NCBI GenBank assembly: GCA_050949505.1
Contig: JBMNFV010000001.1
Coordinates: 94,284-158,283, forward strand
Length of the DNA stretch: 64,000 nucleotides
Origin: Patescibacteria group bacterium
Lineage (GTDB): Bacteria > Patescibacteriota > Patescibacteriia > Patescibacteriales > UBA12465
Direction: 5' to 3'
In this document: one piece after another, positions 9,724-18,640 of the stretch
Layout of the letters: every line of letters starts with the position of its first letter
Position numbering within the stretch: position 1 is the first letter of the stretch
Translations under genes and position numbers: made by a program
Notes under the pieces: model-generated
The model's input: the letters and a program-made list of their open reading frames with translations, nothing else
Told to the model about the DNA's origin: nothing
Databases searched by the model: none

Positions 9724-11118
9724 ATGAGTAAAAATATTCCTGAACAAAATTTAGAAAAAATAATTTCCTTTTGTAAGCGACGCGGTTTTGTTTTTCCTTC
9801 TTCAGAAATTTATGAAGGCCTAGCGGCGGTTTATGACTATGGTCCCTATGGCGTTGAGCTGATTAATAATTTAAAACAAGTTTGGTGGCAAGCCATGACT
9901 AGAGAACGAGAAGATATCGTTGGTCTTGATGCCGCTATTTTCATGAGTCCTAAGGTTTGGGAAGCCTCTGGTCATGTGCAAGGATTTTCTGACCCTTTAA
10001 CTGAATGTAAAAAATGTCATACCCGTCTACGCCTTGATACTGTCCTAGAAGACTTAGGGGTAAAGGCTGATGAAAAAATGAGTGAAGAAGAAATTAACGA
10101 TCTTTTTAAGCAACACCGAAAAGAAATTACTTGCCCTAATTGTGGTGGACAAGACTTCACTCCTGGCAAAAAGTTTAATCTTTTGGTTCAATCTAATCTG
10201 GGTAACTTTACTGGTGACTGGCAAACCGCCCCTACTTATCTACGCGGCGAAACTTGCCAGGGAATTTATGTTAATTACAAAAACGTTTTAGACTCTACTC
10301 GGGTTAAAATTCCCTTTGGCATTGCTCAAATTGGCAAAGCCTTTCGCAACGAGATAACCGCCCGTCAATTCATTTTCCGTACCCGAGAATTTGAACAATT
10401 AGAAATGCAATATTTTGTTAAACCAGAGGAGACCCAGAAATATTATGACCTTTGGCGAAAGCTTCGCTGGCAATATTATCTAGACCTCGGGATCAAGGAA
10501 AGTAATCTACGCTGGCAGCAACATGAGAACCTAGTTTTCTATGCCCAAGAAGCTTATGACATTGAATATAATTTTCCTTTTGGCTTTAAAGAATTGGAAG
10601 GAATTCATGCCCGAGGAAATTATGACCTAACCGTCCATAGCCAAGCTTCAGGAAAAAACTTAGACTATCTAGACCCACAAACTAAGGAAAAATTTATTCC
10701 TCATATTATTGAAACCTCTGCTGGATTAGGTCGGACCTTCCTAGCCGTTCTCTCTGAATTTTTAACTGAAGAAAAACTAGCCGACGGAGAGGAAACTAGA
10801 ACAGTCCTTGCTTTACCAGCCAATCTAGCTCCTATTAAAATAGCGGTTTTTCCATTGTTAAAAAATAGACCGGAATTAATTAAACTAGCGAAAGAGGTTT
10901 TTGATTCTTTGAAACTAACTTGGAAATGTGAATTTGATGATAATGGCAATATCGGTAAGCGTTATCGCCGCCAAGATGAAATTGGCACCCCTTATTGTCT
11001 AACCATTGACTTTGACTCTCTGGATGATAAAACCGTTACCATCAGAGAGCGAGATAGCATGAAACAAAGTCGTTTAAAGATTTCTGAATTAAAAAAATTC
11101 TTTCAACAGAATTTATAA
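9724..11118 (+). CDS. glyQS: Glycine--tRNA ligase (dimeric class II type)
   Basis: The N-terminus RGFVFPSSEIYEGLAAVYDYGPYGVELINN and the FRNEITARQFIFRTREFEQLEMQYF motif 2 region are typical of alpha2 GlyRS. Confidence 0.9.
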   Translation: MSKNIPEQNLEKIISFCKRRGFVFPSSEIYEGLAAVYDYGPYGVELINNLKQVWWQAMTREREDIVGLDAAIFMSPKVWEASGHVQGFSDPLTECKKCHTRLRLDTVLEDLGVKADEKMSEEEINDLFKQHRKEITCPNCGGQDFTPGKKFNLLVQSNLGNFTGDWQTAPTYLRGETCQGIYVNYKNVLDSTRVKIPFGIAQIGKAFRNEITARQFIFRTREFEQLEMQYFVKPEETQKYYDLWRKLRWQYYLDLGIKESNLRWQQHENLVFYAQEAYDIEYNFPFGFKELEGIHARGNYDLTVHSQASGKNLDYLDPQTKEKFIPHIIETSAGLGRTFLAVLSEFLTEEKLADGEETRTVLALPANLAPIKIAVFPLLKNRPELIKLAKEVFDSLKLTWKCEFDDNGNIGKRYRRQDEIGTPYCLTIDFDSLDDKTVTIRERDSMKQSRLKISELKKFFQQNL

Positions 11119-11301
11119 TCTAAAAAAAATTTAACTCTTCTAAAATCTCTCTACCTACCAGGGAGATTTTTTTTATAAATTCAACAAAAACTATTGCCAG
11201 GTATTTTTAATAGTTGTATAATATTATTGTTAGTTTAAAAAATCATATCGAGAATTTTTTTTACAAAAAATTTTAGATCACTTACGAAAGGAGGTGAGTA
11301 T

Positions 11302-11562
11302 ATGGCTACAAAAAAAATAACTAAGAAGCCAGCGGCTAAGAAGCCAGCTGTTAAGAAAGCCGTTAAAAAGGCGGTTAAGAAAGTCGCTAAGAAACCAGTA
11401 GTAAAGAAGGTGGCGGCAAAAAAAGCGGCAGTAAAGAAGACTGCTAAGAAGGCGGTCAAGAAGGTTGCTAAGAAACCTGCTGTTAAGAAAGCAGTCAAGA
11501 AAGTCGCGAAGAAGCCAGTTGCAAAGAAGGTGGTAAAGAAAGTGGCGGCTAAGAAAAAATAA
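11302..11562 (+). CDS. Lysine/alanine-rich histone H1-like basic protein (repetitive KKxVKK units)
   Basis: The 86-aa ORF is almost entirely K/A/V/P repeats. A strong SD (aaaggaggtgagtat) precedes the ATG and a terminator follows. Confidence 0.75.
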   Translation: MATKKITKKPAAKKPAVKKAVKKAVKKVAKKPVVKKVAAKKAAVKKTAKKAVKKVAKKPAVKKAVKKVAKKPVAKKVVKKVAAKKK

Positions 11563-11600
11563 ATCATTAAATTTTATTGATTTAAAAATTAGACAAAGAG

Positions 11601-11624
11601 CGCTCTAAGCTTAGAGCGTTTTTT
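11601..11624 (+). terminator. Rho-independent terminator of the H1-like gene
   Basis: Palindrome cgctctaagcttagagcg followed by tttttt. Confidence 0.75.
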
Positions 11625-11635
11625 GTTTGCCTATT

Positions 11636-11669
11636 AAAAAACCGCAATTGCTAAACAATTACGGTTTAA
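11636..11669 (-). terminator. Rho-independent terminator of the 172-aa orphan gene
   Basis: On the minus strand, aaaccgtaattgtttagcaattgcggtttttt: a 10/11-bp stem plus a T-run directly after the stop at 11679. Confidence 0.65.
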
Positions 11670-11678
11670 TATTTTTGA

Positions 11679-12197
11679 TCAGATCTTCCGGCAGTAGACC
11701 ACTAGATCGTCTGTTCCAGGAATGGGTATCTCGTACCTTCCTCCGGAACATTTTTTTCCCACTACCAATTCCCCTTGGGGAATGACGTTAGGATTATCCG
11801 TCATGTCCAAGATAAGAGTCTCTTCGCCTGTTAGGATATTAGTTTTAAGAAAAAAAACAATATCTACCATAGCGTATTTTCCCAACCTCTCGCTAGGAAC
11901 ATAAAAGTTCCTGGTCATGGCAGGGCGAACACTGCCATCACTTTTTCTGAGGGGGTAGTCTCCGTGGCGATAATGGTCAGCCACCTTGACTATCTCCACT
12001 CCCCTAAGGTCATCACCACTAGGCACAAGTAATTTGTGCCCTTTAACGAACTTGAGATGTCTGGCTGTTTTGGCAGGAACTTTGACCATTATTCCAGTCA
12101 CCCATCCTAATTTTTCATAAGTATGCGGCGAAGCCGACATACTTCTTTTCTCGGCTACAGCTAGCAGCCTTTCTGTGACATACTTCTTGTTTTCCAT
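11679..12197 (-). CDS. Hypothetical protein (172 aa, no recognisable family)
   Basis: Intact ORF with an SD-like aggggaaag 5 nt before the ATG, its own consensus promoter (12286-12314) and its own terminator. No motif was recognised. Confidence 0.6.
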   Translation of the reverse strand: MENKKYVTERLLAVAEKRSMSASPHTYEKLGWVTGIMVKVPAKTARHLKFVKGHKLLVPSGDDLRGVEIVKVADHYRHGDYPLRKSDGSVRPAMTRNFYVPSERLGKYAMVDIVFFLKTNILTGEETLILDMTDNPNVIPQGELVVGKKCSGGRYEIPIPGTDDLVVYCRKI

Positions 12198-12285
12198 TTT
12201 CTTTCCCCTAACTTACCCCATTACTGGTCTCGCTAGGAGTCTCTCTTTTTTAATTTTGTTAAATAACTTTGTTTGAAATCTAGGT

Positions 12286-12314
12286 ATTATATCATATAAT
12301 CAATCTATTGTCAA
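12286..12314 (-). promoter_or_regulatory. Sigma70-type promoter, perfect TTGACA-N17-TATAAT
   Basis: The minus strand reads ttgaca-atagattgattatatga-tataat, about 90 nt upstream of the 172-aa ORF start. Confidence 0.7.
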
Positions 12315-12347
12315 TACTAGCTAAAAAACAGATACTGCGCTAGAGTA

Positions 12348-12376
12348 TTGACATTTTCTAGACTATTTGCTAAGGT
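12348..12376 (+). promoter_or_regulatory. Sigma70-type promoter (TTGACA-N17-TAAGGT)
   Basis: ttgaca-ttttctagactatttgc-taaggt lies upstream of the 3D-domain gene. Confidence 0.5.
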
Positions 12377-12457
12377 GTGAGGTCAAGAAATTCCCTGCTA
12401 ATTCATTTAATTATGATAAGGTGGGGATTTTTTATTTGGCGAAATGAATATAAATAT

Positions 12458-13123
12458 ATGAAAAAGTTAATGCAACTCATTAAAGAGGAGGTCGTCCCTC
12501 TTAGTAGACGACAAAATATAGTTCTTTTTATTATTATCGCTTGTGTTTTTCAATTTGTGCTTTTTTATGCGCCCGCTCTAGCTGACGAGGCTGTTAAAAA
12601 CGCTCAAGCCAGTGGCTTAGAGGAAGAGTTAGTATCTCTTAGTCCTATTATTAAAACTGAGAACCTCGCTAGTGTTTCCGAAGAAATTCTTCCACTATAT
12701 TATCAAGAAGATACCCTAGCGTTAGTTGACTCTATTTTAGAGACGAGTCAAAGCTCTATTGAAACTGACTTAGAAGAAACTATCAGTCCTCCTGATAAAA
12801 AGTATCGCGTAGTGAGCACTAGTTTTCACACCTTCACTGCCTATAACTCGGAAGTAGCTCAAACAGACGATACTCCTTGTATCACTGCTAATGGCTTTGA
12901 TCTTTGTCAGCACGGCATTGAAGATACTGTGGCGGCTAACTTCTTAGCCATGGGAACTAAAATTAGAATTCCTGATTTATATGGCGAACGAATTTTTGTA
13001 GTTAGAGATAGAATGAACAAACGCTTCTCTGACCGAGTAGATATTTGGATGGTTAACAAATCTGACGCTCTTAAATTCGGAGTTAAGCGAGGAATAAGAA
13101 TAGAAGTTTTAAAAGAATTATAA
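12458..13123 (+). CDS. 3D-domain cell-wall protein (MltA/RlpA-like fold) with N-terminal membrane anchor
   Basis: The C-terminal FTAYNSEVAQTDDTPCITANG...VAANFLAMGTKIRIPDLYGERIFVVRDRMNKRFSDRVDIWM is typical of the 3D domain. Start ATG 12458 (MKKLMQ..., followed by a hydrophobic segment) is preferred over GTG 12377. Confidence 0.75.
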   Translation: MKKLMQLIKEEVVPLSRRQNIVLFIIIACVFQFVLFYAPALADEAVKNAQASGLEEELVSLSPIIKTENLASVSEEILPLYYQEDTLALVDSILETSQSSIETDLEETISPPDKKYRVVSTSFHTFTAYNSEVAQTDDTPCITANGFDLCQHGIEDTVAANFLAMGTKIRIPDLYGERIFVVRDRMNKRFSDRVDIWMVNKSDALKFGVKRGIRIEVLKEL

Positions 13124-13150
13124 AGTTTTTTATTTAATTTTTAAATTAAG

Positions 13151-13180
13151 AAAAGGGTCATTTAGCTGAATGACCCTTTT
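13151..13180 (+). terminator. Rho-independent terminator
   Basis: aaaagggtcat-ttagctga-atgaccctttt hairpin. Confidence 0.7.
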
Positions 13181-13244
13181 CTATACTCTAAAGTCTTTAC
13201 TTTATTAAGATTATTTACTATCATAAAGTGGTCTAAAGATTGAA

Positions 13245-13326
13245 GCGGACGTGGCGAAACTGGCAGACGCACTTGCTTTAGGAGCAAGCGAGGCAACTCA
13301 TGAGGGTTCGAGTCCCTCCGTCCGCA
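13245..13326 (+). tRNA. tRNA-Leu (anticodon TAG)
   Basis: Acceptor gcggacg/cgtccgc, anticodon arm cttgc-tttagga-gcaag, long variable arm, T-loop ggttcgagtcc. CCA is not encoded. Confidence 0.9.
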
Positions 13327-13335
13327 CTAATATTT

Positions 13336-13357
13336 AGCGACTTAGGGTCGCTTTTTG
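13336..13357 (+). terminator. Terminator after tRNA-Leu
   Basis: agcgac-ttaggg-tcgct followed by ttttt. Confidence 0.6.
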
Positions 13358-13393
13358 ATTGCCTGAGAAAAAATAACCTGCTAAACTAAGGCT

Positions 13394-14218
13394 ATGATTA
13401 ATTGGCTACACACTTGGCAACCTCACGCTATTGCTTTCTCTATTGGACCTCTCTCGGTCCATTGGTATAGTTTATTTATTGTCCTGGGTATGGCTAGCGC
13501 CCTGTTAATTAGCTTACGCCTAGCTAAATTATACCATCTTGATCGAGACCTAATATTTGACCTATCATTTTGGTTAATTATCAATGGCCTCATTGGTGCT
13601 CGCCTATATGAAGGATTGATTGAGTTCTCTTACTACTCCGCCCATCCTTGGAGTATTTTAAAAGTCTGGGAGGGAGGTCTAGCTATCCATGGAGGAATTA
13701 TTGCTGGACTTATTACTCTTATTTATTTCTCTAAAAAGCACTCCTGGTCTTTTTGGAAACTAAGCGCCTTATTCGCCCCCGGTCTCGCCCTAGGTCAAGC
13801 GATTGGCCGATTCGGCAACTACTTTAATCAAGAGCTATTTGGCAAACCAACTAATCTACCCTGGGGAATACCGATAGATTTGTTAAATAGGCCCTTAGAG
13901 TATCTCTCTTCTCCTTTTTTTCACCCCACCTTCCTCTATGAAAGCCTGGGATTATTAATTATCTTTGTAATTCTTTTAACGCTTACTTTAATTACTTCTC
14001 GTCGCCAAACCATTAGTCTATTATCCGCCAAATTAATCACCGGCTTATATATTTTACTAGCTTCTGCCTTGCGCCTAATGTTAGAGTTTATTAAAATAGA
14101 CTATACTCCAGTTTTATTTGGTTGGCGCCTACCGCAAATTACTTCCTTAGTTTTAATTATTATCTTTTTAATTTTTATAATTTTTACTCCCTATGAAAAA
14201 ACGAACCAAAGCTCATAA
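13394..14218 (+). CDS. lgt: Prolipoprotein diacylglyceryl transferase
   Basis: HWYSLFIVLGM, GARLYE, VWEGGLAIHGGIIAG and GQAIGRFGNYFNQELFGKPTNLPWGI are Lgt signature regions. Confidence 0.9.
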   Translation: MINWLHTWQPHAIAFSIGPLSVHWYSLFIVLGMASALLISLRLAKLYHLDRDLIFDLSFWLIINGLIGARLYEGLIEFSYYSAHPWSILKVWEGGLAIHGGIIAGLITLIYFSKKHSWSFWKLSALFAPGLALGQAIGRFGNYFNQELFGKPTNLPWGIPIDLLNRPLEYLSSPFFHPTFLYESLGLLIIFVILLTLTLITSRRQTISLLSAKLITGLYILLASALRLMLEFIKIDYTPVLFGWRLPQITSLVLIIIFLIFIIFTPYEKTNQSS

Positions 14219-15371
14219 TTTATCTAGTCTATCCATCCTTTATGTTTTAGGATTTTTTATTACCATTTCTTCTGCCCTGCCTGCCTATATTCAATCTAAC
14301 TTTTTAACTGAATTTGCTAACCTAAACACTTTAAGCTGGTTTTTTGTGATTGCTAATAGCTTAACCGTTTTAGCCATGTTAATCTTTCCGGGAATGGTTA
14401 AGCGCTTAAGCAATTTTTTCTTAACCAAATTAATGATTGCCTTCTATGGACTCTCTTTGCTTAGCTTTGCTGTTACCGCTGGCCCCTTACAGGCCCTACT
14501 ATCTATTATTCTCTTTACCATTGCGAGCAACCTCCTGTGGATTAATATGGATATTTTAATTGAAACCTTCTCTGATAATGCTAGTACTGGGAAAATAAGG
14601 ACAATTTACTTTACTTTTATAAACCTAGGCTGGATTTCCTCTCCCTACCTAGCGGGACAATTAATGGGAAAGTTGGATAATTACCCCCTTGTTTACTTGA
14701 TCGCTGCCCTGATTACTATCCCTGTCTTATTAGTTTTCTTCTCACAAACCAAGCGCTTCCGTGACCGAGTACCTTATCGACAAATTAACATTAAGACTGC
14801 GCTAAAAGAGATTTGGAAAAATAAGGACTTGCGCGGCATCTCCGTGGTTGCCTTTCTATTACAACTTTTTTATAGCACAGCGGTGGTTTATCTGCCCATT
14901 TACCTACATCAAAACCTAGGTATTTCTTGGGCAGAACTGGGACTACTATTTTCAATCATGTTATCTCCCTTCCTAATTTTTCAAATACCCGCGGGAATTA
15001 TTGCTGATAAATATCTTGGTGAAAAAGAAATGCTTTCTCTGGGATTAGTTATTTTAATTATTTCTTCCTTCCTCTTCTTCTCCACCTCTACTGTTAGCTT
15101 TTGGACTTGGGCCGGGATCTTGTTCCTTAGCCGAGTTGGGGCAGCACTAATTGAGGCCATGAGAGAAACTTATTTCTTTAGAATTGTTGATGCTGAAGAT
15201 ATTGGCTATATCAGTGTTTTTAGAACAGCGGTTCCTTTGGGCTATCTAATTGGCCCTATCTTAGCTATCCTTACCTTAGCCTTCCTGCCAGTTAATTATA
15301 TCTTTTTAATGACCGCCCTGGTTCTCCTTTCTGGCTTTTACTTTATCTACATTATTACTGACTCTAAATAG
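14193..15371 (+). CDS. MFS-type transporter
   Basis: 392 aa with about 12 hydrophobic segments in a two-halves arrangement. It overlaps the lgt end by 26 nt. Confidence 0.65.
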   Translation: MKKRTKAHNLSSLSILYVLGFFITISSALPAYIQSNFLTEFANLNTLSWFFVIANSLTVLAMLIFPGMVKRLSNFFLTKLMIAFYGLSLLSFAVTAGPLQALLSIILFTIASNLLWINMDILIETFSDNASTGKIRTIYFTFINLGWISSPYLAGQLMGKLDNYPLVYLIAALITIPVLLVFFSQTKRFRDRVPYRQINIKTALKEIWKNKDLRGISVVAFLLQLFYSTAVVYLPIYLHQNLGISWAELGLLFSIMLSPFLIFQIPAGIIADKYLGEKEMLSLGLVILIISSFLFFSTSTVSFWTWAGILFLSRVGAALIEAMRETYFFRIVDAEDIGYISVFRTAVPLGYLIGPILAILTLAFLPVNYIFLMTALVLLSGFYFIYIITDSK

Positions 15372-15418
15372 ATAATTGACTTTGCTGTTTGTTTGCTATA
15401 AAATAACTGACAGTTAGT

Positions 15419-15493
15419 GCGGGTATCGTATAATGGCTCTTATGTCAGCCTTCCAAGCTGAAGATGGGGGTTCGATTCCCCCTACCCGCTCCA
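15419..15493 (+). tRNA. tRNA-Gly (anticodon TCC)
   Basis: Acceptor gcgggta/tacccgc, anticodon loop cttccaa, T-loop ggttcgattcc. The 3' CCA is encoded. Confidence 0.9.
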
Positions 15494-15496
15494 AAC

Positions 15497-15534
15497 AAAA
15501 ACCAGTCACTATTTGTTCGTGACTGGTTTTTTTT
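15497..15534. terminator. Bidirectional terminator (tRNA-Gly / DoxX gene)
   Basis: aaaaaccagtcac...gtgactggtttttttt hairpin. Confidence 0.7.
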
Positions 15535-15556
15535 AAATTCAAATTGATAATTATCA

Positions 15557-15958
15557 CTACCTATTCCTCTCCAACTTTAAAAGTATTATTACTATTCCTA
15601 AAAATATCAAATGTAGAAACCAATCGGTAGGGTTAAGATTAAAAATAAATAGCTCTCCAATTTGAGTTAGCATTACTGAGCCCTTTAAGACAAGGGCCCA
15701 AATTAAAGCCAGGCTTAAGAAAATGGTTAAACTAAAATAGGCTAACCGAGTATTTTTGCCTAACAATAAGCAAGCACCAGCTAGAATTTCAAAAGCAATA
15801 ATTAGGTAAGGGAAAAAGCTGGGTAAGTTTAACTCGCTAGCCTCTAGTCTAATTAGCTCTGGAAATATTAATCTTCCTACTCCCGCCGACAAAAAGACCA
15901 CGGCTAAAAAGTAGCGTAAACCGGTTGCTAATTTATTTTCAATATTTTCCGAAGTCAT
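15557..15958 (-). CDS. DoxX-like small membrane protein
   Basis: 133 aa with four hydrophobic helices and an N-terminal LRYFLAVVFLSAGVGRL pattern as in the DoxX family. Confidence 0.5.
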   Translation of the reverse strand: MTSENIENKLATGLRYFLAVVFLSAGVGRLIFPELIRLEASELNLPSFFPYLIIAFEILAGACLLLGKNTRLAYFSLTIFLSLALIWALVLKGSVMLTQIGELFIFNLNPTDWFLHLIFLGIVIILLKLERNR

Positions 15959-16643
15959 ATTTTATCTTATCATGCTTTATTTTTCTATTAAACATGGTAA
16001 ACATCGCCATTCTCGCCCAAGCATAGGCGGTGGGCCACCAACCATCCTTGGCTATCCGGCGAGAAGAATATAGCAATCGCTGGGACTTAATCATTCTAAA
16101 CTTACCTTGCTTAGCTAAACGATCGCAATAGTCATAATCTTCGGCTAATTTAATCCTAGTATCAAAACCTTTTATCTTCTCATGTAACTCTCGTTGAGAT
16201 AACAAAGCGGCCCCAACTGAAACTGGCGAAAAATATTGTCTTACTCTGGCAAAAATATTAGCCAGACCTGAAAAGAGGCGATAAGACCAACGATTAGGAT
16301 AAAAGGAGAAATAAAAACCTGCTCCCCCTAATTGCCGTTGCTTAAACTCAGTTATTGCCTTAGTTAAAAACCCTTTCTGTAGGACTGTGTCCGCATCTAA
16401 AAATAATAAGATCTCTCCTTGGGCTAATTCCGCCCCCTTATTTCTTTGCCAGGAAGGATGCTGATGTTCTTGGTCTTCAATAAATACACAATTATTAGTC
16501 AATGCGATTTCCTTGGTTCTATCAAGCGACCCTCCGTCAGAGACTATTATTTCCCAATCTTTAAAATCTTGACTCTTAATTGACTCTAATAGCCGGGGAA
16601 GATATTTTTCCTCATTTAAGGTTGGAATGATTATTGACAACAC
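15939..16643 (-). CDS. Family 2 glycosyltransferase
   Basis: LSIIIPTLNEEKYLPRLLESIKSQ, IIVSDGGSLDRT and the LFLDADT (DxD) motif. Confidence 0.85.
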   Translation of the reverse strand: MLSIIIPTLNEEKYLPRLLESIKSQDFKDWEIIVSDGGSLDRTKEIALTNNCVFIEDQEHQHPSWQRNKGAELAQGEILLFLDADTVLQKGFLTKAITEFKQRQLGGAGFYFSFYPNRWSYRLFSGLANIFARVRQYFSPVSVGAALLSQRELHEKIKGFDTRIKLAEDYDYCDRLAKQGKFRMIKSQRLLYSSRRIAKDGWWPTAYAWARMAMFTMFNRKIKHDKIKYDFGKY

Positions 16644-16656
16644 AGACTCTAGTTAA

Positions 16657-17691
16657 TTATTTAAATAAGGTTCTAGCTAACTCCCAATAACTTGGGTCCT
16701 CATGTTGGTATTGATAATACCACCACTCTACTCCCCACAAATATGCCTTAGTAAAACCAATTTTAGTAGCATATTGTAAGTTGGCTTGAAACTGCCTGAG
16801 ATTAAAAGACTTGCTCGCCTCCTCTGGAGGCAAATAAATCATATTGCCCTTAGGTACCCAGGGCTCAGCCTGAAGTTCCATAATATACCTATTCTCTGGC
16901 TCAATTTTATTGAGATAAGCTTTAAAACGGTAAAACCAACTAGGAATAGGGTATCTAATATAGCCAGTATGTTTTCCCCAAACAACTCGATAAACTGTGC
17001 TGCCAAAAATATCGGCGTACTTAGCTTCTTTTCTCCACCAACTCAGCTCACCCGTAGCGGAAACTATTACCGGCCGATCATCTAATCTTTTAACTAGCTC
17101 TAATTCTCTTACAAAAAAATCCTCATGACTAGGGGGACAAATACCAAAGGCATCAAAGAAAGGTTCGTTCTCTAGTTGCCAAGCCACTATCGCCTGCTTG
17201 TCTTGATAGTGACTAATCACCGCCTCTAGCATATTAAGAGCTTCTGCCTGAGTAGCGGCCAAACTCTTTTTAGTTGCCCAATCTGGAGCATGGCATTCTG
17301 GCCAACGTGGCAAGCGCCAACCTATATTAGCCACAAATTTTACACCCCTTTTTGCCCCCTCCTCAATAATGTAATCAAATTCTGAAAAATCATAATGACC
17401 TTTTTCAGGAGCTATTTGGTCCCAATAAATAGGTAAGCGAATTTCCTTGACTTGTAAATCATCAAGGATTGCTAAATAAACTTCCTGCCAATCCAATCCC
17501 AATTCTTCAGCAAATTTTGTGGAGAACGTTACTCCAAAAAACCCTGGCTCTACCAATAGCTTCTTTTTAAGCGGGTAGTTATTAGCAATCTTAAAAAAAT
17601 AAATTAAACAAAAGATTAAAAATAGAAAAATAGTCCAAAAGAAAAATTTTCCCTTCTTTTTTGTTCTTGCTTTTTTTCCTCCTAAGAGCAT
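16657..17691 (-). CDS. Membrane-anchored TIM-barrel (clan GH-A-like) glycoside hydrolase
   Basis: N-terminal TM segment. WQLENEPF resembles the acid/base NEP motif of GH-A hydrolases. The family was not resolved. Confidence 0.5.
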   Translation of the reverse strand: MLLGGKKARTKKKGKFFFWTIFLFLIFCLIYFFKIANNYPLKKKLLVEPGFFGVTFSTKFAEELGLDWQEVYLAILDDLQVKEIRLPIYWDQIAPEKGHYDFSEFDYIIEEGAKRGVKFVANIGWRLPRWPECHAPDWATKKSLAATQAEALNMLEAVISHYQDKQAIVAWQLENEPFFDAFGICPPSHEDFFVRELELVKRLDDRPVIVSATGELSWWRKEAKYADIFGSTVYRVVWGKHTGYIRYPIPSWFYRFKAYLNKIEPENRYIMELQAEPWVPKGNMIYLPPEEASKSFNLRQFQANLQYATKIGFTKAYLWGVEWWYYQYQHEDPSYWELARTLFK

Positions 17692-17692
17692 A

Positions 17693-18634
17693 CTAAATTA
17701 TAAAAAATAGACCTATCGCAATGACCACCACTGCTAAGGTTTTTCGTAAAAATATTTTCCAAGAAAAAGTTTCTTTAAGGAGCTTGGGGGACATAACTGC
17801 TAATACTGTGCTAATAATCAACAAGAAGGCATATTGCACTCCCTGTAGAGCATTAACTAGTACTACTGAGCCCAGAAAAATAGCGTAATTTTGTAATAAA
17901 AATCCGGTAGCCCCTGTTAGTTGATTAATTATAATTAAGCTTAGTGGTTTTTTTGATTGCCGAGATTTCTTTGGTCTAATTGCCAAATAAATCCCCCGCC
18001 TAACTGACTTACTAAACAAGAAGAAAAGCACTAACATTAAGGCTCCTAGACGGGTCCAAATAAAGGCACTTAAAAATTCTTGCTCCAAATAGGCTTGCTT
18101 AGATATTAGAAAATAAAGCGAGTAAGCTAGCGCTGAGCTAAGCGCAAAAGTAAAGTAGCCAGTTTTAACGTCTTGAACTAAGCGTAATTTTCTTAACACT
18201 CTAGCTAAGAAACTTCTTTGTTGTGGCAAAAAAGCGACAATCATAATTCCGGCGATTAGACAAGAAATCCCTATCAATTCTTTTATTCCTGGAGTTTCTT
18301 TTAGAAAAATAGCCGAAATAATTAGTGAAAACACTGGCGTGGCTCCACCAATTAAAACTAGAGCTCGGGAAGCTTCGCCGCGGCGCAATGACTCATATAG
18401 CAACCAAAGCGCTACTGCAAAAACTGCTCCTGCTAATAAATTAATTCCTAGTCCTCCCCAACCAGGCCATTTTAAAAACCAAGGAGCCGCTAAGAAAGAT
18501 AGACTTCCAAAAAGACAAACAATAAACGCATAAACACGACTACTGGGTAAAACCTTGTCTACTAAGAATTTATCTAATAAATTGGCAATTGCTAAAAATA
18601 AATAAGCTAAAATAGCTACTAGCCACCAAGACAT
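17693..18634 (-). CDS. EamA/DMT-superfamily membrane protein
   Basis: 313 aa, about 10 TM helices arranged as two similar halves. Confidence 0.5.
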   Translation of the reverse strand: MSWWLVAILAYLFLAIANLLDKFLVDKVLPSSRVYAFIVCLFGSLSFLAAPWFLKWPGWGGLGINLLAGAVFAVALWLLYESLRRGEASRALVLIGGATPVFSLIISAIFLKETPGIKELIGISCLIAGIMIVAFLPQQRSFLARVLRKLRLVQDVKTGYFTFALSSALAYSLYFLISKQAYLEQEFLSAFIWTRLGALMLVLFFLFSKSVRRGIYLAIRPKKSRQSKKPLSLIIINQLTGATGFLLQNYAIFLGSVVLVNALQGVQYAFLLIISTVLAVMSPKLLKETFSWKIFLRKTLAVVVIAIGLFFII

Positions 18635-18640
18635 AAAATA

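Noticed and set aside
11302-11562. Periodic DNA repeats that might suggest a CRISPR array or minisatellite
   Set aside because: The repeats are in-frame coding repeats (KKxVKK units) within an ORF that has an RBS and terminator. There is no repeat-spacer architecture, and no CRISPR array was seen anywhere in the window.
11235-11567. 110-aa minus-strand ORF (F/T/A-rich) opposite the H1-like gene
   Set aside because: It is the mirror image of the repetitive AAG/GCx codon pattern of the plus-strand lysine-rich gene, which has the strong SD and terminator. The antisense frame has no start context.
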